A DNA stretch of 36,083 nucleotides from Octopus bimaculoides (GCF_001194135.2 NC_068986.1:78870750-78906832); one strand, 5' to 3'. Positions 22,443 to 34,791 are shown, counted from the stretch's first letter. Made by a program: numbers and translations. Notes: generated by a model not told the origin, from the letters alone.

Positions 22443-24136
22443 GCAAAGAAATAATTATTTACTGCCACAGAGTCAAGCCGAATGAACTTCTTAGAGTTAT
22501 ACATGCCTTTTTTCTTTTACCACAGAAAATTCATATGCATTACATTAACCAAGTCATGTCTCAACTTAGAACTAAACTGTTTGGAAGAGCAATACCGTAA
22601 ATTTTATCACAAAGACATTTCCTTTGTTGACTACAACAATCAATGTCCCAGATATTCATATCTTTTATACAATTTCTGATCTTACTACGGATTTCTATAT
22701 TTTATAAATTCTGTATTTAATTTCAACATATGAAAAAAATTGCGTAGCAATATTTACATGCTGGAGAAGTTCAAAGGAAACTTTGTGGCTTTCTGTGCTA
22801 AATAACGTCCTCTGGGTGTGTTAAATTTTCACTGTTCCTGCTCTAGTATTGAGCAATATAGGTATGAATCGATATCTGCTGAGTAGATTTTAGCTGTACT
22901 CTATAGATTTTGTGATAGGAAATTGTTTTCAAAGCTATTAAACTCTACAATTGGCCATTTTCTACTCTCTAAAAGTCTGTGAGTGTTTTGAATGCAGCAC
23001 AGTGTGCATGCTGATATAATATTTTAAAAAGTGTAATAATTCTTGAAAATCACTCATATTTTTCATCTTAATACATATCTTGCTCGCTGAATACCTGATT
23101 CACCATTGTTTTCATCAAGATGTCTCTGATAACGAAAATACTTGTATATCACTCGAATTCGAAGATATCATATACCAGTCTATATTTAGCTGTGTGATGA
23201 TTTCACAACCCTGCGATTTCGGATCCAATCTCGCTGAACCCACTTTGATGAAATATCTTCAATCACAGCCCTATGTTGCCTAAAATCTTGTGAGTGAATT
23301 GTCATACAAATAGTCTCAGGAGCAGGCATTCACCCTATGAGAAAGAGATAATATGAGCCTGTTTAATAATAATCCGTTTATTTACTAATTCTCTTAATGT
23401 ACCCTAAAAATGCTAAAGTAATACTATGTGATTATATAGGGACATAGAACTCATCAAGATAAGTAATTCTCTATGCAACGAAGTGTCAGTTCGTCAGTCC
23501 GTCAGTCAGTCAGTTTCCTCTGCAAAGTGTTGTGTGTCATTTCTAACGTATACATAGCACTGCAGTAACCTGAAGTTGAAACCAATTCTATATATCCTTT
23601 TGATTTGAAATATGATTAACATTTAATCACCGAAGTCTGCTTTCATCTCAATCAACGGTAAAGAAGAAACAGTAGACACATTTTCATCAAATCTTGCTCT
23701 ACTGTCTTACAACCACATTGAATAGTTTAAATGATGGTTGAAAGTTTATAAAATAACTGTCATTATATGAAATAGAAAACTGAAAACTAGCGATAATATA
23801 GCGATAATGCGTAAGATTTTTCAGATTATCGTTACGTTTTAAAACTATATTTATTCAGTTATATTGCTAAACATAAAATCAATATTTTAGTAAACGAGGA
23901 AGACATAATGACAGAAACGGTAACAGCCAGGACTAAATGGGTTTTAGAATTTAATTTTCTTCTGAACTCTTTTTATTCAAATTCTATTTGAATAGTTTTT
24001 GTCTGTTTTTAGTGTTAATATTATAATATAAATCATAGACTAGAAAAGTTAACATGATTACATATGTACACACCGGGATGATTTTGGCCTTCCCAAAATT
24101 TAAGAAACCTGTGCCTCAATACTTCCACACAGATGT

Positions 24137-24156
24137 ATATGTGTGTGTGTGTGTGT

Positions 24157-24200
<44 letters not shown>
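24137..24200. repeat. (TG)n microsatellite
   Basis: Direct inspection. Confidence 0.95.
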
Positions 24201-24205
<5 letters not shown>

Positions 24206-24506
24206 TTCGTGTGTGTCTGACTGAATCTGCGCACGTGAGTATGTGTATGTATATAAAGTCATAGATGACATAGAAATAGTTTGATGAAATTTGATTTAAC
24301 AATTTGACTTGATATTAGATTTTTCTTATTTTTAAATAAAATTCCATCAAATTATTTCTCTAAAATTTATGACTTTATACACTCCTCGTTTTGTTTTGTA
24401 TCATACTACATGTTCTATGTTTTGTAGAATGGTACATTAGGGAGCTTATGAGTACTACCGGATTACTTGAATTCATATATTGTGACTTGAATATAGTCCA
24501 GGCACT

Positions 24507-24941
24507 AAGCCGGCTAGCTGGCAGAAACGTTAGCACGCCGGGAGAAATGGTTAGCGGTATTTCGTCTGCCGCTACGTTCTGAGTTCAAATTCCACCGAGG
24601 TCGACTTAGCCGTTCATACTTTCAGGGTTGACTAAATAAGTACTAGTCACGCACTGGAGTCGATGTAATCGACTTAATCCCTTTGTTGTCCTTGTTTGTC
24701 CCATCTATGTTTAGCCCCTTGTGGGCAATAAAAAAAATAAGAAACGTTAGCACGCCGGGCTAAGCATTTCGCTTAGCGGTATTTCGTCTGTCTTTACGTT
24801 CTGAGTTCAAAATCCGCTGAGGTCGACTTTGCCTTTTATCCTTTCGGGGTCGATAAATTAAGTACCAGTTGTGTACTGGGGTCGATCAAATCGACGGGTC
24901 CCCTCCCCCAAAATTGCGGGCCTTGTGCCTAGAGTAGAAAA
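24507..24941 (+). mobile_element. Dimeric SINE family A element with an 18-bp target-site duplication
   Basis: Two head-to-tail monomers; the second restarts at AGAAACGTTAGCACGCCGGG (about 24741). Flanks are GAATATAGTCCAGGCACT (24489-24506) and GAATATATTTCAGGCACT (24942-24959), 16/18 identical. Confidence 0.9.
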
Positions 24942-25088
24942 GAATATATTTCAGGCACTCATCTCAACATCACTTTATGCAGGAATCAGACTAGCATAGT
25001 GATCGAATAGTAGTGTAAATATTACTTCTATGAATTAACCAAGAGCTGATTAGTTATATTATTAAGGGGCACTGCGTCAATCCAAAGC

Positions 25089-25091
<3 letters not shown>

Positions 25092-25146
<55 letters not shown>
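25092..25146. repeat. (TA)n microsatellite
   Basis: Direct inspection. Confidence 0.97.
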
Positions 25147-25151
<5 letters not shown>

Positions 25152-25296
25152 TAGAAGATAAGAAAGAGATAAACAGATAAATGCTGATAAAAGTAAACAA
25201 TGGTGATATCTTGATACAAAATCGTTATGGCTTGGGAGGCATTAGATATTAGTATATTTCGGACAAAGCCACAATAGCAATGATCAATAGCAGAGT

Positions 25297-26572
25297 TATT
25301 AGTTCTTCAAGTATGAAATTTGTAGAAAAAAAAAATGGCTGCTAATGTTTTAGAAATACAAGGAATAGTTTTATTCATCAAACTATGCTTCCATATTGTT
25401 AATACACTTTTGCCATTTCAGCGGTAGCTTGTCCAGCCCAGAACTGTAAAATCATGGCAATCTAGAGTCAATAATATCTTGGAAGACCTGTTTTGCAGCA
25501 TCGTCGGAATTAAATTTTTTCCCCATCAAAATGTTATCCAAATTCTGGATGAAGAGGTACTCTGGCGGCAAGATCAGGTGAGTATGGTGGATGATGGAGA
25601 ACTTCCAACTCCAACTCCTGTAGTTTCGCCAATGTCGTTTTTGTGATGTATTGTCAGGCATTGTCTCTCAATGAAATAGGAGTGGATCTGTTGAATAATC
25701 TAGGCTGTTTTTTGTAAGTTTCTGCATCATTTGGTCCAGTTGGCTGTAATATACGTCGGCTGAGATTGATGAGCCAGGTTTAATGAAATCATAATGAATC
25801 ACACCTGCGTCAGACCACCAAACACACATCATCAGCTTCTTATGATGAATTTTGCTTTTTGGACTGTGTTTTGGTGGCTCGTCTTTGTCCAAACATTGTG
25901 CTGAACGTTTACGGTTGTTGTATTGGATATATTTCTCATCACATTTTACAATTCGATTAAAAAAATGATTCATTTTTGTGACGAGAAAGTAGCATAACGC
26001 GGGCTTCCAAACGTTGCTGTTTCTGATTTTCATTGAGTTTATGTGGAACCCACTAATCCAACTTTTTCACTTTACCGATTTGAATTAAGTGATTCAGTAA
26101 TGTTTGCTTTCTAACACCAAACAACAACGATAATTCACGGGAACTTTGAGATGGATCTGACACGACGCTGGCTTTTAACATGTCATTATCTACCTTTGTT
26201 TCTAGTCGACCGCATTGCTCATTTGTGAAGTCAAATTTACCAGAACGAAATTTTGCAAACCAATTTGATACTGTCTGCTGTGTAATAACATTAGAATGAA
26301 ATACTTCATTAAAATTCCGAGCTGTCTGTGATGCTGTATTTCCAAAAAAGAACTCCTATTTCGAAACTGTACGAATTCCCGACTTATCCATCTCTAAACA
26401 AAAATAGAACAAAACGATTTATAAATACTTTATAAAGCGCAGAATGTTTTAGAATAAAGAAATATATGTATAAGCTCTCTAACAAAAAGAGATTGTCAAA
26501 ATATAATAACTCAAAATGAGTTGTTGTCAAAGTTTACCATATACCTTACTGCAAATTTCTTGACGACCTAAT
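25297..26572 (-). mobile_element. Full-length defective mariner (DD34D, Hsmar1/cecropia-like) DNA transposon
   Basis: 1276 bp. The TIR ATTAGGTCGTCAAGAAATTTGCAGTAA (reverse complement of 26546-26572) has a degenerate partner at 25297-25328. A pseudo-transposase lies between them. Confidence 0.93.
25371..26391 (-). pseudogene. Mariner transposase pseudogene (about 340 codons, several stops and frameshifts)
   Basis: MDKSGIR...WFAKFRSGKFD...GKVKKLD*WVPHKLNENQK...RIVKCDEKYIQYNNRKRSAQ...KKLMMCVWWS...DNA*...LHHPPYSPDLA...KLPLKWQKCI; WVPHEL-like and YSPDL motifs are present. Confidence 0.93.
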
Positions 26573-27499
26573 TGAAACGTGTAAGTTTTCATTTCAAAAA
26601 CACATGGATTTTATTCCGATGTTTTTCATTAGCTGACGTTCGGTTGTGAAATTAATTTGCTTGTAATGAATTAAAGTTTTACAAAAATGATTTTGTTATG
26701 TTTGTTTTTCTTCTGATGAATCCGAAAATTGCAAGTTATGTACATTATGTCACATTTCTCAAAGATTTTATGGCTAGTTTTAAATAATTCTTAAGATGCG
26801 TTAACTTGTAAATCTACCGAGACAGTGGAAATCTTTATTCAGGAAATTTAGGATAGGCTACTTAATGAGATATATTTGGTTGAAAAAAGCAACCTTAATG
26901 TGTTACGGTATATATGTTGTAAGCTATTGTAGCATAGCTTACGTTTTATAAATGAATATATAGTGTATTCGGTCTGCTAAAGTACGTTCCATTATGAATT
27001 GAAGTCGATTTATCTGACTGTATGTGTGTACATAAATAAAAAGAAAGACACCATCGATACAATAATTAGACTCTGATCATCTAATGTTATCAGTTTTGGT
27101 CTAGTGAGCGAAGTGAATCAATGACTGGCAACTGGTTAACTAGCTTACAATTTTTATTAAAAAAAAATTCCCATCGGAAAAGTAAGAAGTACGAGATAGG
27201 TCTTAGTAGGCTAAAAATATTCCCAAGGGTGTCTAGTACCATTTACTTCAACGATTGAAAATTGTTTCAAAACATGAAAGACCTAAATTTTTGATTGGAA
27301 GTTGTATGACCCATCGATCGATTTTTTTGGTAAGATGGTTACTTGTGCAGTCGACAACGGATGTTAATCTCTCTTTCAATTATTATAAAACTATGAAATA
27401 TTGACTTTCATTATTACTAATAAATTGTTTTTCTGTAATTTCTTTCTTTAAATCATTTTAATTTAAGAGTATCGGTCCAATATTCGCTCCATTTTCAAG

Positions 27500-28230
27500 T
27501 ACCACGTTCCAATACTGTATTCGATTAGGAAATGAAAGCCAAATCCTTACTAGTTATTTTTTTTTTCTAAACATTTTCATTGTTGACTTTGTTTCCACTT
27601 TTTGTTATTTATTTAGTTGTTGATCGATTTTACTTTCAAATTCGTTTTTCCCATTTTGAAAGAAGGTTTTGGAAAGAAATTCTGTTCACTAAACCTCTCT
27701 ATAAATATCATAAGCTTTCATTGATTTCATGTCTGTGGAGTTGAATATATGCTCATTCACATTATATTTTTAGAATCTAGAATTTTAACATTTTGGACAG
27801 AAGCTTTGCAGTAGAGTAAGAAAATTGTTTCTGACTATTATACAATCTTTTATTAATAATATAGAGCATCGAGTAGGGATATACGACAAAGTAATATTGA
27901 GCTTCATCGACGTTCTGTTTTAAGAGTCTATCTGGATTAAATTTACTTTTCATTGCTTCTGGGAAGATGAGAAAAGATCCAGTAATTCAGTAATTCATTA
28001 CGTTTGATTCAATGTCCTTGTGGAAGTCATGTGGAATGTTAACATCGCTAAATATACCAAGAAGTCAATATAGTATTCCACCTCTTCTGTAAATATGAGA
28101 CGCACGTTACCAGAAAACTCAAGATCACTATATATGGTAGGATGTATCATCACTGAATATTATATGTAATGGCGAACACATATCTTCTATATATCGAAGA
28201 CTGCATTGGAACATTTTTCACAAAACTTCC
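27500..28230 (-). mobile_element. Highly degenerate Penelope-like reverse transcriptase remnant
   Basis: Minus-strand fragments occur in the expected order: YRRYV(F)AIT (eroded YRRYVDD, about 28170-28193), FTEEVEYYIDFLV (28057-28094), TEFLSKTFFQNG (about 27650-27690) and IWLSFP (about 27540). Confidence 0.5.
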
Positions 28231-29576
28231 CTTCCATTTCAGGGCCAGGAAACTTTTCAACGCCAACAAATAATCACATATTTAAAAGTCCAAGTGAGAG
28301 TCACTAATTAGTGCTAACCCCACATCTAGGACGGTACAGCTGTAAAGCATGTATTCATCCTAAAAGCATACGATAACAGCCAATCACCACCAAACTGAGC
28401 TCCGGTCCTCAGATTGCACTTTCCTCCTCGCTTTGCCTTTATCAGCGCAACTGCAGTTGTCGCTGTTCCTCAGAGCTCACTGCCCTTATATCGCATTCAT
28501 TCAGGCACTTCCTACTCACTAATTTCTCATTCCCCCTTCGTTTGAATTGTTTACTCTTTTCAGGCTCCTCACAAACCACTATATAATATTCTTCCTCTTT
28601 ATTGTTTATCATTTGGGAGTCTTCCTTCAGCCATGTTCTTTCTCAATTTCACCTGTCCGAAATGAATATTAAGTGCGTCGATGTCATAGACCCGAGAAAA
28701 TCTACATAGGCCATGGCACAACCCGTTGCTCCCGAGGAAGCGTATAAAAACCAGAAAGAAAAAAATCGATATTTTATTGACATAAGTAAAAATATTTCGT
28801 ATACAATTAGCAGCAGTCTCATATAAAATTAGCATCATTTGATTGGTAATCAATATAGTGTGAGCAAACAGAAACTTGGACAACTTGTGCAAAAACATCC
28901 CTTGGGCCATTAATATAATTAATTTCTTGCCATTATATAGTATGTCTGCAGCCGTATTATATATATCATGATAATTGGTGACGTAATATAGAGAGAATGA
29001 TTGAGTTGTCCTTCGAGACAAAATGCTTGTCTATCGCAATTATTTTACTAGATGACCTAGAATCTCTTATTTCTCGGGATAAAGTGAGTAGGGATATTTG
29101 AACAGGTTATAAATTTACAATTCATTCGACTCACTCTGATCTATTTTTGATCTCTGCGTTGGGCATTTTCTACACATACACAGAAAATAGAACAGATACA
29201 GTTTGAATTTTAAAATGGCAAAAAAAAAAAAGAAAAACAGAAAATTTAGAAATTTCGAAACTCCAAAGGAAATTCAAAATATTCACAAGCGCTTTGTACT
29301 TCGAATTGTACAAATAGAATTTGAAAGTATGTAGAATATTTTCCATTATGCTAAATAGGAAACTGAAAACTAATAATAATACAGCGATCATGCGAAAGAT
29401 TTTGGAGATTATAGTTAAGTTTTAGAACTATATTTATTCAGGTATTTGATAAAACACAAAATCAATATTTTAGAATATAAAAAATGTGTGGCAGTGATAG
29501 AAATGATAAGGGTCCCAACTAGACGAGTTTCCGAACTCTATTTTCTTCGTCAGTAGTATATGTGTATATGTGTGTG

Positions 29577-29655
29577 TATACATACATACATACATACATA
29601 CATACATACATACATACATACATACATACATACATACATACACACACATACATAT
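29577..29655. repeat. (TACA)n microsatellite
   Basis: Direct inspection. Confidence 0.95.
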
Positions 29656-29657
29656 AT

Positions 29658-30027
29658 GGAGGCGCAATGGCCCATTGGTTAGGGCAGTGGTATGACGTTC
29701 ATACGATCGCAGTTTCAATTCCCAGACCAGGCGTTGTGAGTGTTTATTGAGTAAAAACACCCAAATATACACAAGGCTCCGGGAGGGGGTGAGTGGCGAA
29801 CCCTGGTGTATTCTTTTACCGGAACTTTCTCTCACTCTTTCTTCCTGTTTCTATTGTACCTGTATTTTCAAAGGGCCAGCCTTGTGACACTCTGTGTCAC
29901 GCTGAATCTCCCCGAGAACTACATGTGTCTGTGAAATGATCAGCCACTTACACGTTAATTTCATGAGCATACTTTTCCGTTGATTGGATCATCCAGAACC
30001 CTCGTTGTCGTAACCGACGGAGTGCCG

Positions 30028-30028
<1 letters not shown>
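29658..30028 (+). mobile_element. tRNA-derived SINE family C, full length (about 370 bp)
   Basis: Head GGAGGCGCAATGGCCCATTGGTTAGGG with A-box TGGCCCATTGG (29668-29678) and B-box GTTTCAATTCC (29712-29722). Ends GTCGTAACCGACGGAGTGCC; bounded by microsatellites. Confidence 0.8.
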
Positions 30029-30059
<31 letters not shown>

Positions 30060-30851
30060 NNNNNNNNNNNNNNNNNNNNNNNNNNNNNNNNNNNNNNNNN
30101 NNNNNNNNNNNNNNNNNNNNNNNNNNNNNNNNNNNNNNNNNNNNNNNNNNNNNNNNNNNNNNNNNNNNNNNNNNNNNNNNNNNNNNNNNNNNNNNNNNNN
30201 NNNNNNNNNNNNNNNNNNNNNNNNNNNNNNNNNNNNNNNNNNNNNNNNNNNNNNNNNNNNNNNNNNNNNNNNNNNNNNNNNNNNNNNNNNNNNNNNNNNN
30301 NNNNNNNNNNNNNNNNNNNNNNNNNNNNNNNNNNNNNNNNNNNNNNNNNNNNNNNNNNNNNNNNNNNNNNNNNNNNNNNNNNNNNNNNNNNNNNNNNNNN
30401 NNNNNNNNNNNNNNNNNNNNNNNNNNNNNNNNNNNNNNNNNNNNNNNNNNNNNNNNNNNNNNNNNNNNNNNNNNNNNNNNNNNNNNNNNNNNNNNNNNNN
30501 NNNNNNNNNNNNNNNNNNNNNNNNNNNNNNNNNNNNNNNNNNNNNNNNNNNNNNNNNNNNNNNNNNNNNNNNNNNNNNNNNNNNNNNNNNNNNNNNNNNN
30601 NNNNNNNNNNNNNNNNNNNNNNNNNNNNNNNNNNNNNNNNNNNNNNNNNNNNNNNNNNNNNNNNNNNNNNNNNNNNNNNNNNNNNNNNNNNNNNNNNNNN
30701 NNNNNNNNNNNNNNNNNNNNNNNNNNNNNNNNNNNNNNNNNNNNNNNNNNNNNNNNNNNNNNNNNNNNNNNNNNNNNNNNNNNNNNNNNNNNNNNNNNNN
30801 NNNNNNNNNNNNNNNNNNNNNNNNNNNNNNNNNNNNNNNNNNNNNNNNNNN
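30060..30851. other. Assembly gap flanked by (TA)n
   Basis: N run; explains the poly-X ORFs. Confidence 0.99.
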
Positions 30852-30884
<33 letters not shown>

Positions 30885-30886
<2 letters not shown>

Positions 30887-31097
30887 GTGTGTGTGTATGT
30901 GCGTGTGTGTATGTATTTATGTGTCTGCGTTTGCCCCACCATCGCTTCACAACCGATGTTGGTGTGTTTACGTCCCCGTGACTTAGCGGTTCAGCAAAAG
31001 AATCCGATGTAAGTACTAAGTTCTGTGGTCGATTTGTTCAACTAAAGGTGGTGTTCCAGCTTGCATTTGTGTGTCTGCGTTTGCCCCACCATCGCTT
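30885..31097 (+). mobile_element. SINE family B 3' module with a local 28-bp duplication
   Basis: CCACCATCGCTTCACAACCGATGTTGGTGTGTTTACGTCCCCG...GGTCGATTTGTTCAACTAAAGGTGGTGTTCCAGC matches 10645-10790. Confidence 0.85.
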
Positions 31098-32588
31098 GAG
31101 ATCTAGATATTTTCTGTATAGAAGATACTTAGTAGTGCTCAAAAGATTAAAACTTAGTTTCTTATGACTTATAGTGGATCATTCCACAAATAAAGAAAGG
31201 CCATAAGTGGGATCAGGTTGAGCGGATATTGAAGTAATTATTGGGGTACGCAAATTAGACACATCTAATTTGATGTGTCTAATTTGCTTATCCGAATATC
31301 TGCTTATATATATATATATGTGCGTATGTATGTGTATGTTCATGTTGGATTTTAGATTTTAGCTGCCCCTTTCTTTCCATAAGCCCCAAGTTACTCTATC
31401 GATTGAAAAAGGAAACGTGCGTGTCATATGATGCACGACGCCAGGGAAACGTGGTTTGGATATCATGTGTGATACACAGGACAAGCAAAAGTTTAAACTT
31501 TCTATGATTCCTCCATTAAATATGTCAACACTGACGAGGTATCATGTTGGCACACAAACAAACAACTGTGTAAGGGAAGAATATATAGATAATTGAATTA
31601 CATTCATGCGTTACATGTTTAGAATGTATTTCCATAGGTCTTGAAGGGTAGAGGTGAAATTTAAAGGTAATCCCCATGAAAGGTGAACTGGAATAACAAA
31701 GCAGCCATACTAAAATACGCACAGTTCATTAGATGGTATACTTAATCCTTCACCATTTTCATGCGTGTATTTTGCTTTGCGTTTAATCGCATGGAATAAA
31801 AAAGTGGACTGTTAAAGCTCTTTTTCAAATACGCCAAGACTTGTGGTTGCAAGTTGTTTTTAGGTTGGATGCGTGCAGCAGAGTAAACTCTTCTAAGGAT
31901 GCAAACGGACGAAGTGTTCGCGGTGCTAAACAAGAGAACGGAGAATATAACTTCCTCCCATCCATCCACATGATTCGGCGACATTAAATAGGGTCATGGA
32001 TGCTGCCCTTCTTTCTCTAATTTGTCATAAAATTAAAGAAAAACCTCCATCACTCAACAGTTAATGACACTTCTCTGTTATCGACAAAATAATTATAGTA
32101 ATAATAGCTTTTTTACAGTATCGAATACAGATGTGATGGTGATATTAAGATTTCTGAGAAATTAGTAATGGTTTTCTACGCGTGTATATCTGTTGCATTT
32201 ATGGCGTATGTAAATATATGTGAGTTTTGTTGGTTGCAGAGAGTAATGAGATGTTTATTAAAGGTCAATATCGATTGGTAAGAATGAAATCGATGTCAGA
32301 AGTCAATATTTTAATATTGCTTTACCAAAATAAACCAAAAAAAATTCGATATCTAGATTCAAAATGTGGAAGACTTTAACGTATCCCACATCCTATTCAT
32401 ATTCTCTCTCTCACTATCTCTCTCTCCATCTCTCTCTCTTTTCGCTCTTTCTTTTTCTCTTCCTCTCTTTCTCTCTATCATCCACTTACACCCACATACA
32501 TACGCATGCTCACACTTTAGTTTACTCTTTACCCTATCCTAATTGATAATTTTTGTACTAGAAACATATATTGATACGTTGAAAATCC

Positions 32589-32591
32589 ATA

Positions 32592-32628
<37 letters not shown>
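32589..32628. repeat. (TA)n microsatellite
   Basis: Direct inspection. Confidence 0.95.
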
Positions 32629-32633
<5 letters not shown>

Positions 32634-32865
32634 TATCTATGTACATATGTATGTGTAAGGGTATTTATAAATTCACATATAAATATAGTCGCCAATACAA
32701 ATGGTCAGATACAGCATAATATAGTGAGTTGGATAGTTGAGTCATAAGATTTTAAGCTTGCCAACCTTAGCTATTTATATTTTATCCAAAAGACTGTGTA
32801 ACACGATATTTATCCTTAGGTAACAAGTGGCTGATATTTCCTTCAAAATTTGCTTTCCTTAACAT

Positions 32866-33085
32866 TTATTCAAAACCCAAAGAATCCCTCTCAAAACATG
32901 GCTATGATACTCCCCCACTATTCCTTGCTACAACGATATTTATGCTTCAGTAATTCAGCGCTGAATCAGCCTGAAATATAATGGAATATAGGTCAGTTTC
33001 AAAACATTGATGTCCAGGTCACAAAAGCAAATTTGAAAGGGATAGGAGTCATTTCTTTTGATTTCTAGATAGAAGGAAATAGGAA
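32866..33085. repeat. Composite interspersed repeat, second copy (see 7352-7680)
   Basis: TTATTCAAAACCCAAAGAATCCCTCTCAAAACATGGCTATGATACTCCCCCACTA matches about 12003-12060, then the module shared with 7535-7680. Confidence 0.75.
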
Positions 33086-33499
33086 ATAAAATGAAAAAAA
33101 AAAAAAACAGAATATAGTACACAATGTTATTGGTCTTTTGCTTGGCTTTTATGAATACGAAATCTCTTTTACCTAATTCATTACTGTTGATGATGAAGTT
33201 TTTTTGTTTTTGATTAACTCAGAACAGATCGAGTAAACCAATGTTTAAAACTTTCCATGCAATGGAAAGTGACAAACGTAGAACCTTCCCTTTAAAATTT
33301 ACTTTGTGGTTTGAAGGTGATTTGGTTATTATTACTAAATGTTCAATCAGTCATGCAGGAATTACCTCGATGGTTCTTGTAAAAATATAATCAGAGTGAA
33401 GTACATTTGAAATTAGATTCCAGTCAAATAGACTCATGAGAAAGAATAATAAAATAGACTTCTTTCATCTAAATACTATTCCATTTGCTTAAATAGATA

Positions 33500-33870
33500 T
33501 ATTTTATCTCTTACTGGCTTCAGTCATTACTAATCGACCTCAGTACTTTCTTTTTAAAGTGATTAGCCTGTCGGTCTCTTGCCGAGATATTAAGGTACAG
33601 ATAAGTAAACAAACCAATACCGGTTTTCAGGTAGTGGTGAGGGGACAGATACAAACGCAAAGACACACACACATACACACACACACACACACACACATAT
33701 ATACACACATGGCGCGCTTCCAAACAGTTTACGTCTACCAAAAGCACTCATAAGGTTTTCGTCGGACCGAGGCTATAGTAGAAAATACTTGCCCAAGGTT
33801 CCACGCAGTGGGACTGAATCCAAAACGATGTGGCTAGAAAAGCAACTTATAATCACACAATCAAGCCATT
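33500..33870 (-). mobile_element. SINE family B copy, reverse orientation
   Basis: The reverse complement contains CAGTCCCACTGCGTGGAACCTTGGGCAAGTATTTTCTACTATAGCCTCGGTCCGACGAAA, an internal (TG)/(TA) tract and the tail AATGACTGAAGCCAGTAAGAGATAAAA. Confidence 0.85.
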
Positions 33871-33885
33871 GATTAAAACCCCCGA

Positions 33886-33957
33886 AGAACACTACCGGAT
33901 TTGAATTGGGGAACTCTCGATCTGCTGTCGAATGTTTAACCAATCAGCTATAACTCC
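33886..33957 (-). pseudogene. tRNA-Cys(GCA)-derived pseudogene or SINE head
   Basis: Minus strand GGAGTTATAGCTGATTGGTTAAACATTCGACAGCAGATCGAGAGTTCCCCAATTCAAATCCGGTAG is colinear with eukaryotic tRNA-Cys. The anticodon stem TCGA/TCGA surrounds a 7-nt loop with GCA. U33, the B-box GG and the 3' acceptor strand are mutated. Confidence 0.75.
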
Positions 33958-33961
33958 ACTT

Positions 33962-34175
33962 TAGGTGAGCTGATAGTGACGTAAGCACGCTGGGCAAAAT
34001 AACTAGCGGAGTTACGACCGTCTTTACGTTCTGAGTTAAAACTTCGCTGAGGCTGACTTTGCTTTTCATCCTTTCGGCGTCGATAAGATAAATACCAGTT
34101 GAGAACAGAAGTCAATGTAATTGACTTACTCTCTTCTCCGAAATCCTGGGCTTGAACTCAAAGCTTAAAACATAA
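33962..34175 (+). mobile_element. tRNA-derived SINE family A copy
   Basis: GGTGAGCTG...AAGCACGCTGGGCAAAAT...CCGTCTTTACGTTCTGAGTTAAAA...GACTTTGCTTTTCATCCTTTCGGCGTCGATAAGATAAATACCAG. Confidence 0.85.
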
Positions 34176-34659
34176 TTTTTACCAATTATGATTTATATAA
34201 ACTGCTGGTATTTGTTTTATTATTCCAAAGGAGAAGATAGGTAAATAATATAATCATTGCTAAATATTCCAATAGACCAGTATATCTAATTGAAATGTAA
34301 CTGGATTTTCGTAGTTGTTCTTTACCGACCAGATCAGCCTTCATTGATCAAACTCTTGTGGTCATATCTATTCCAGTAGCGCCCATTCTATCTTTCATTT
34401 TATCTCACTGGATACTTTGGATGCAGTAGCGATGAAATATGAAGACTATTTGGTTGCTATTTCTTGCAAGCTTTATGACTATGTATTGCTCACGTTCATG
34501 GTATCCCATAAACATAGTGCAGTTGTTTGATGTTTAACATAAATAAATATTTTTTAAAATCTTTGAAAATACTGAACGTACAGTTCTCTTTTTAATAGCA
34601 CACTATTTTATCAATCCACATCGTCTATCTTCTTTTAATCTACAGCAACGTTTCTTTCT

Positions 34660-34791
34660 CCATACCACCACCACCACCACCACTGCCGCCGCTGCCGCCG
34701 CTTTCACTATCACCATTATCATCATCATAACTACCACACCACGGCCGTCACCACCACCACAACCACCACCACTTCCACCACCTCCGCCACC
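34660..34791. repeat. Mosaic trinucleotide repeat (CCA/GCC/CAT)n
   Basis: Direct inspection; abuts a gap. Confidence 0.9.

Noticed and set aside
28400-28480. Minus-strand CTGATAAAGGCAAAGCGAGGAGGAAA resembling a hammerhead core
   Set aside because: G8 is missing, stem II is not closed, and there is no stem III or cleavage triplet.
28599-29021. 140-aa minus-strand ORF, the longest non-repeat ORF in the window
   Set aside because: AT-rich, no recognisable motif or consistent exon boundaries; a chance ORF cannot be excluded.
29961-30981. 300+ aa ORFs
   Set aside because: Almost entirely N-gap (X) and (TA)n.
31525-32010. Minus-strand peptides (ERRAASMTLFNVAESCGWMGGSYIL and others) reminiscent of an MFS transporter
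   Set aside because: Requires several frameshifts and stops, and the similarity is only impressionistic.
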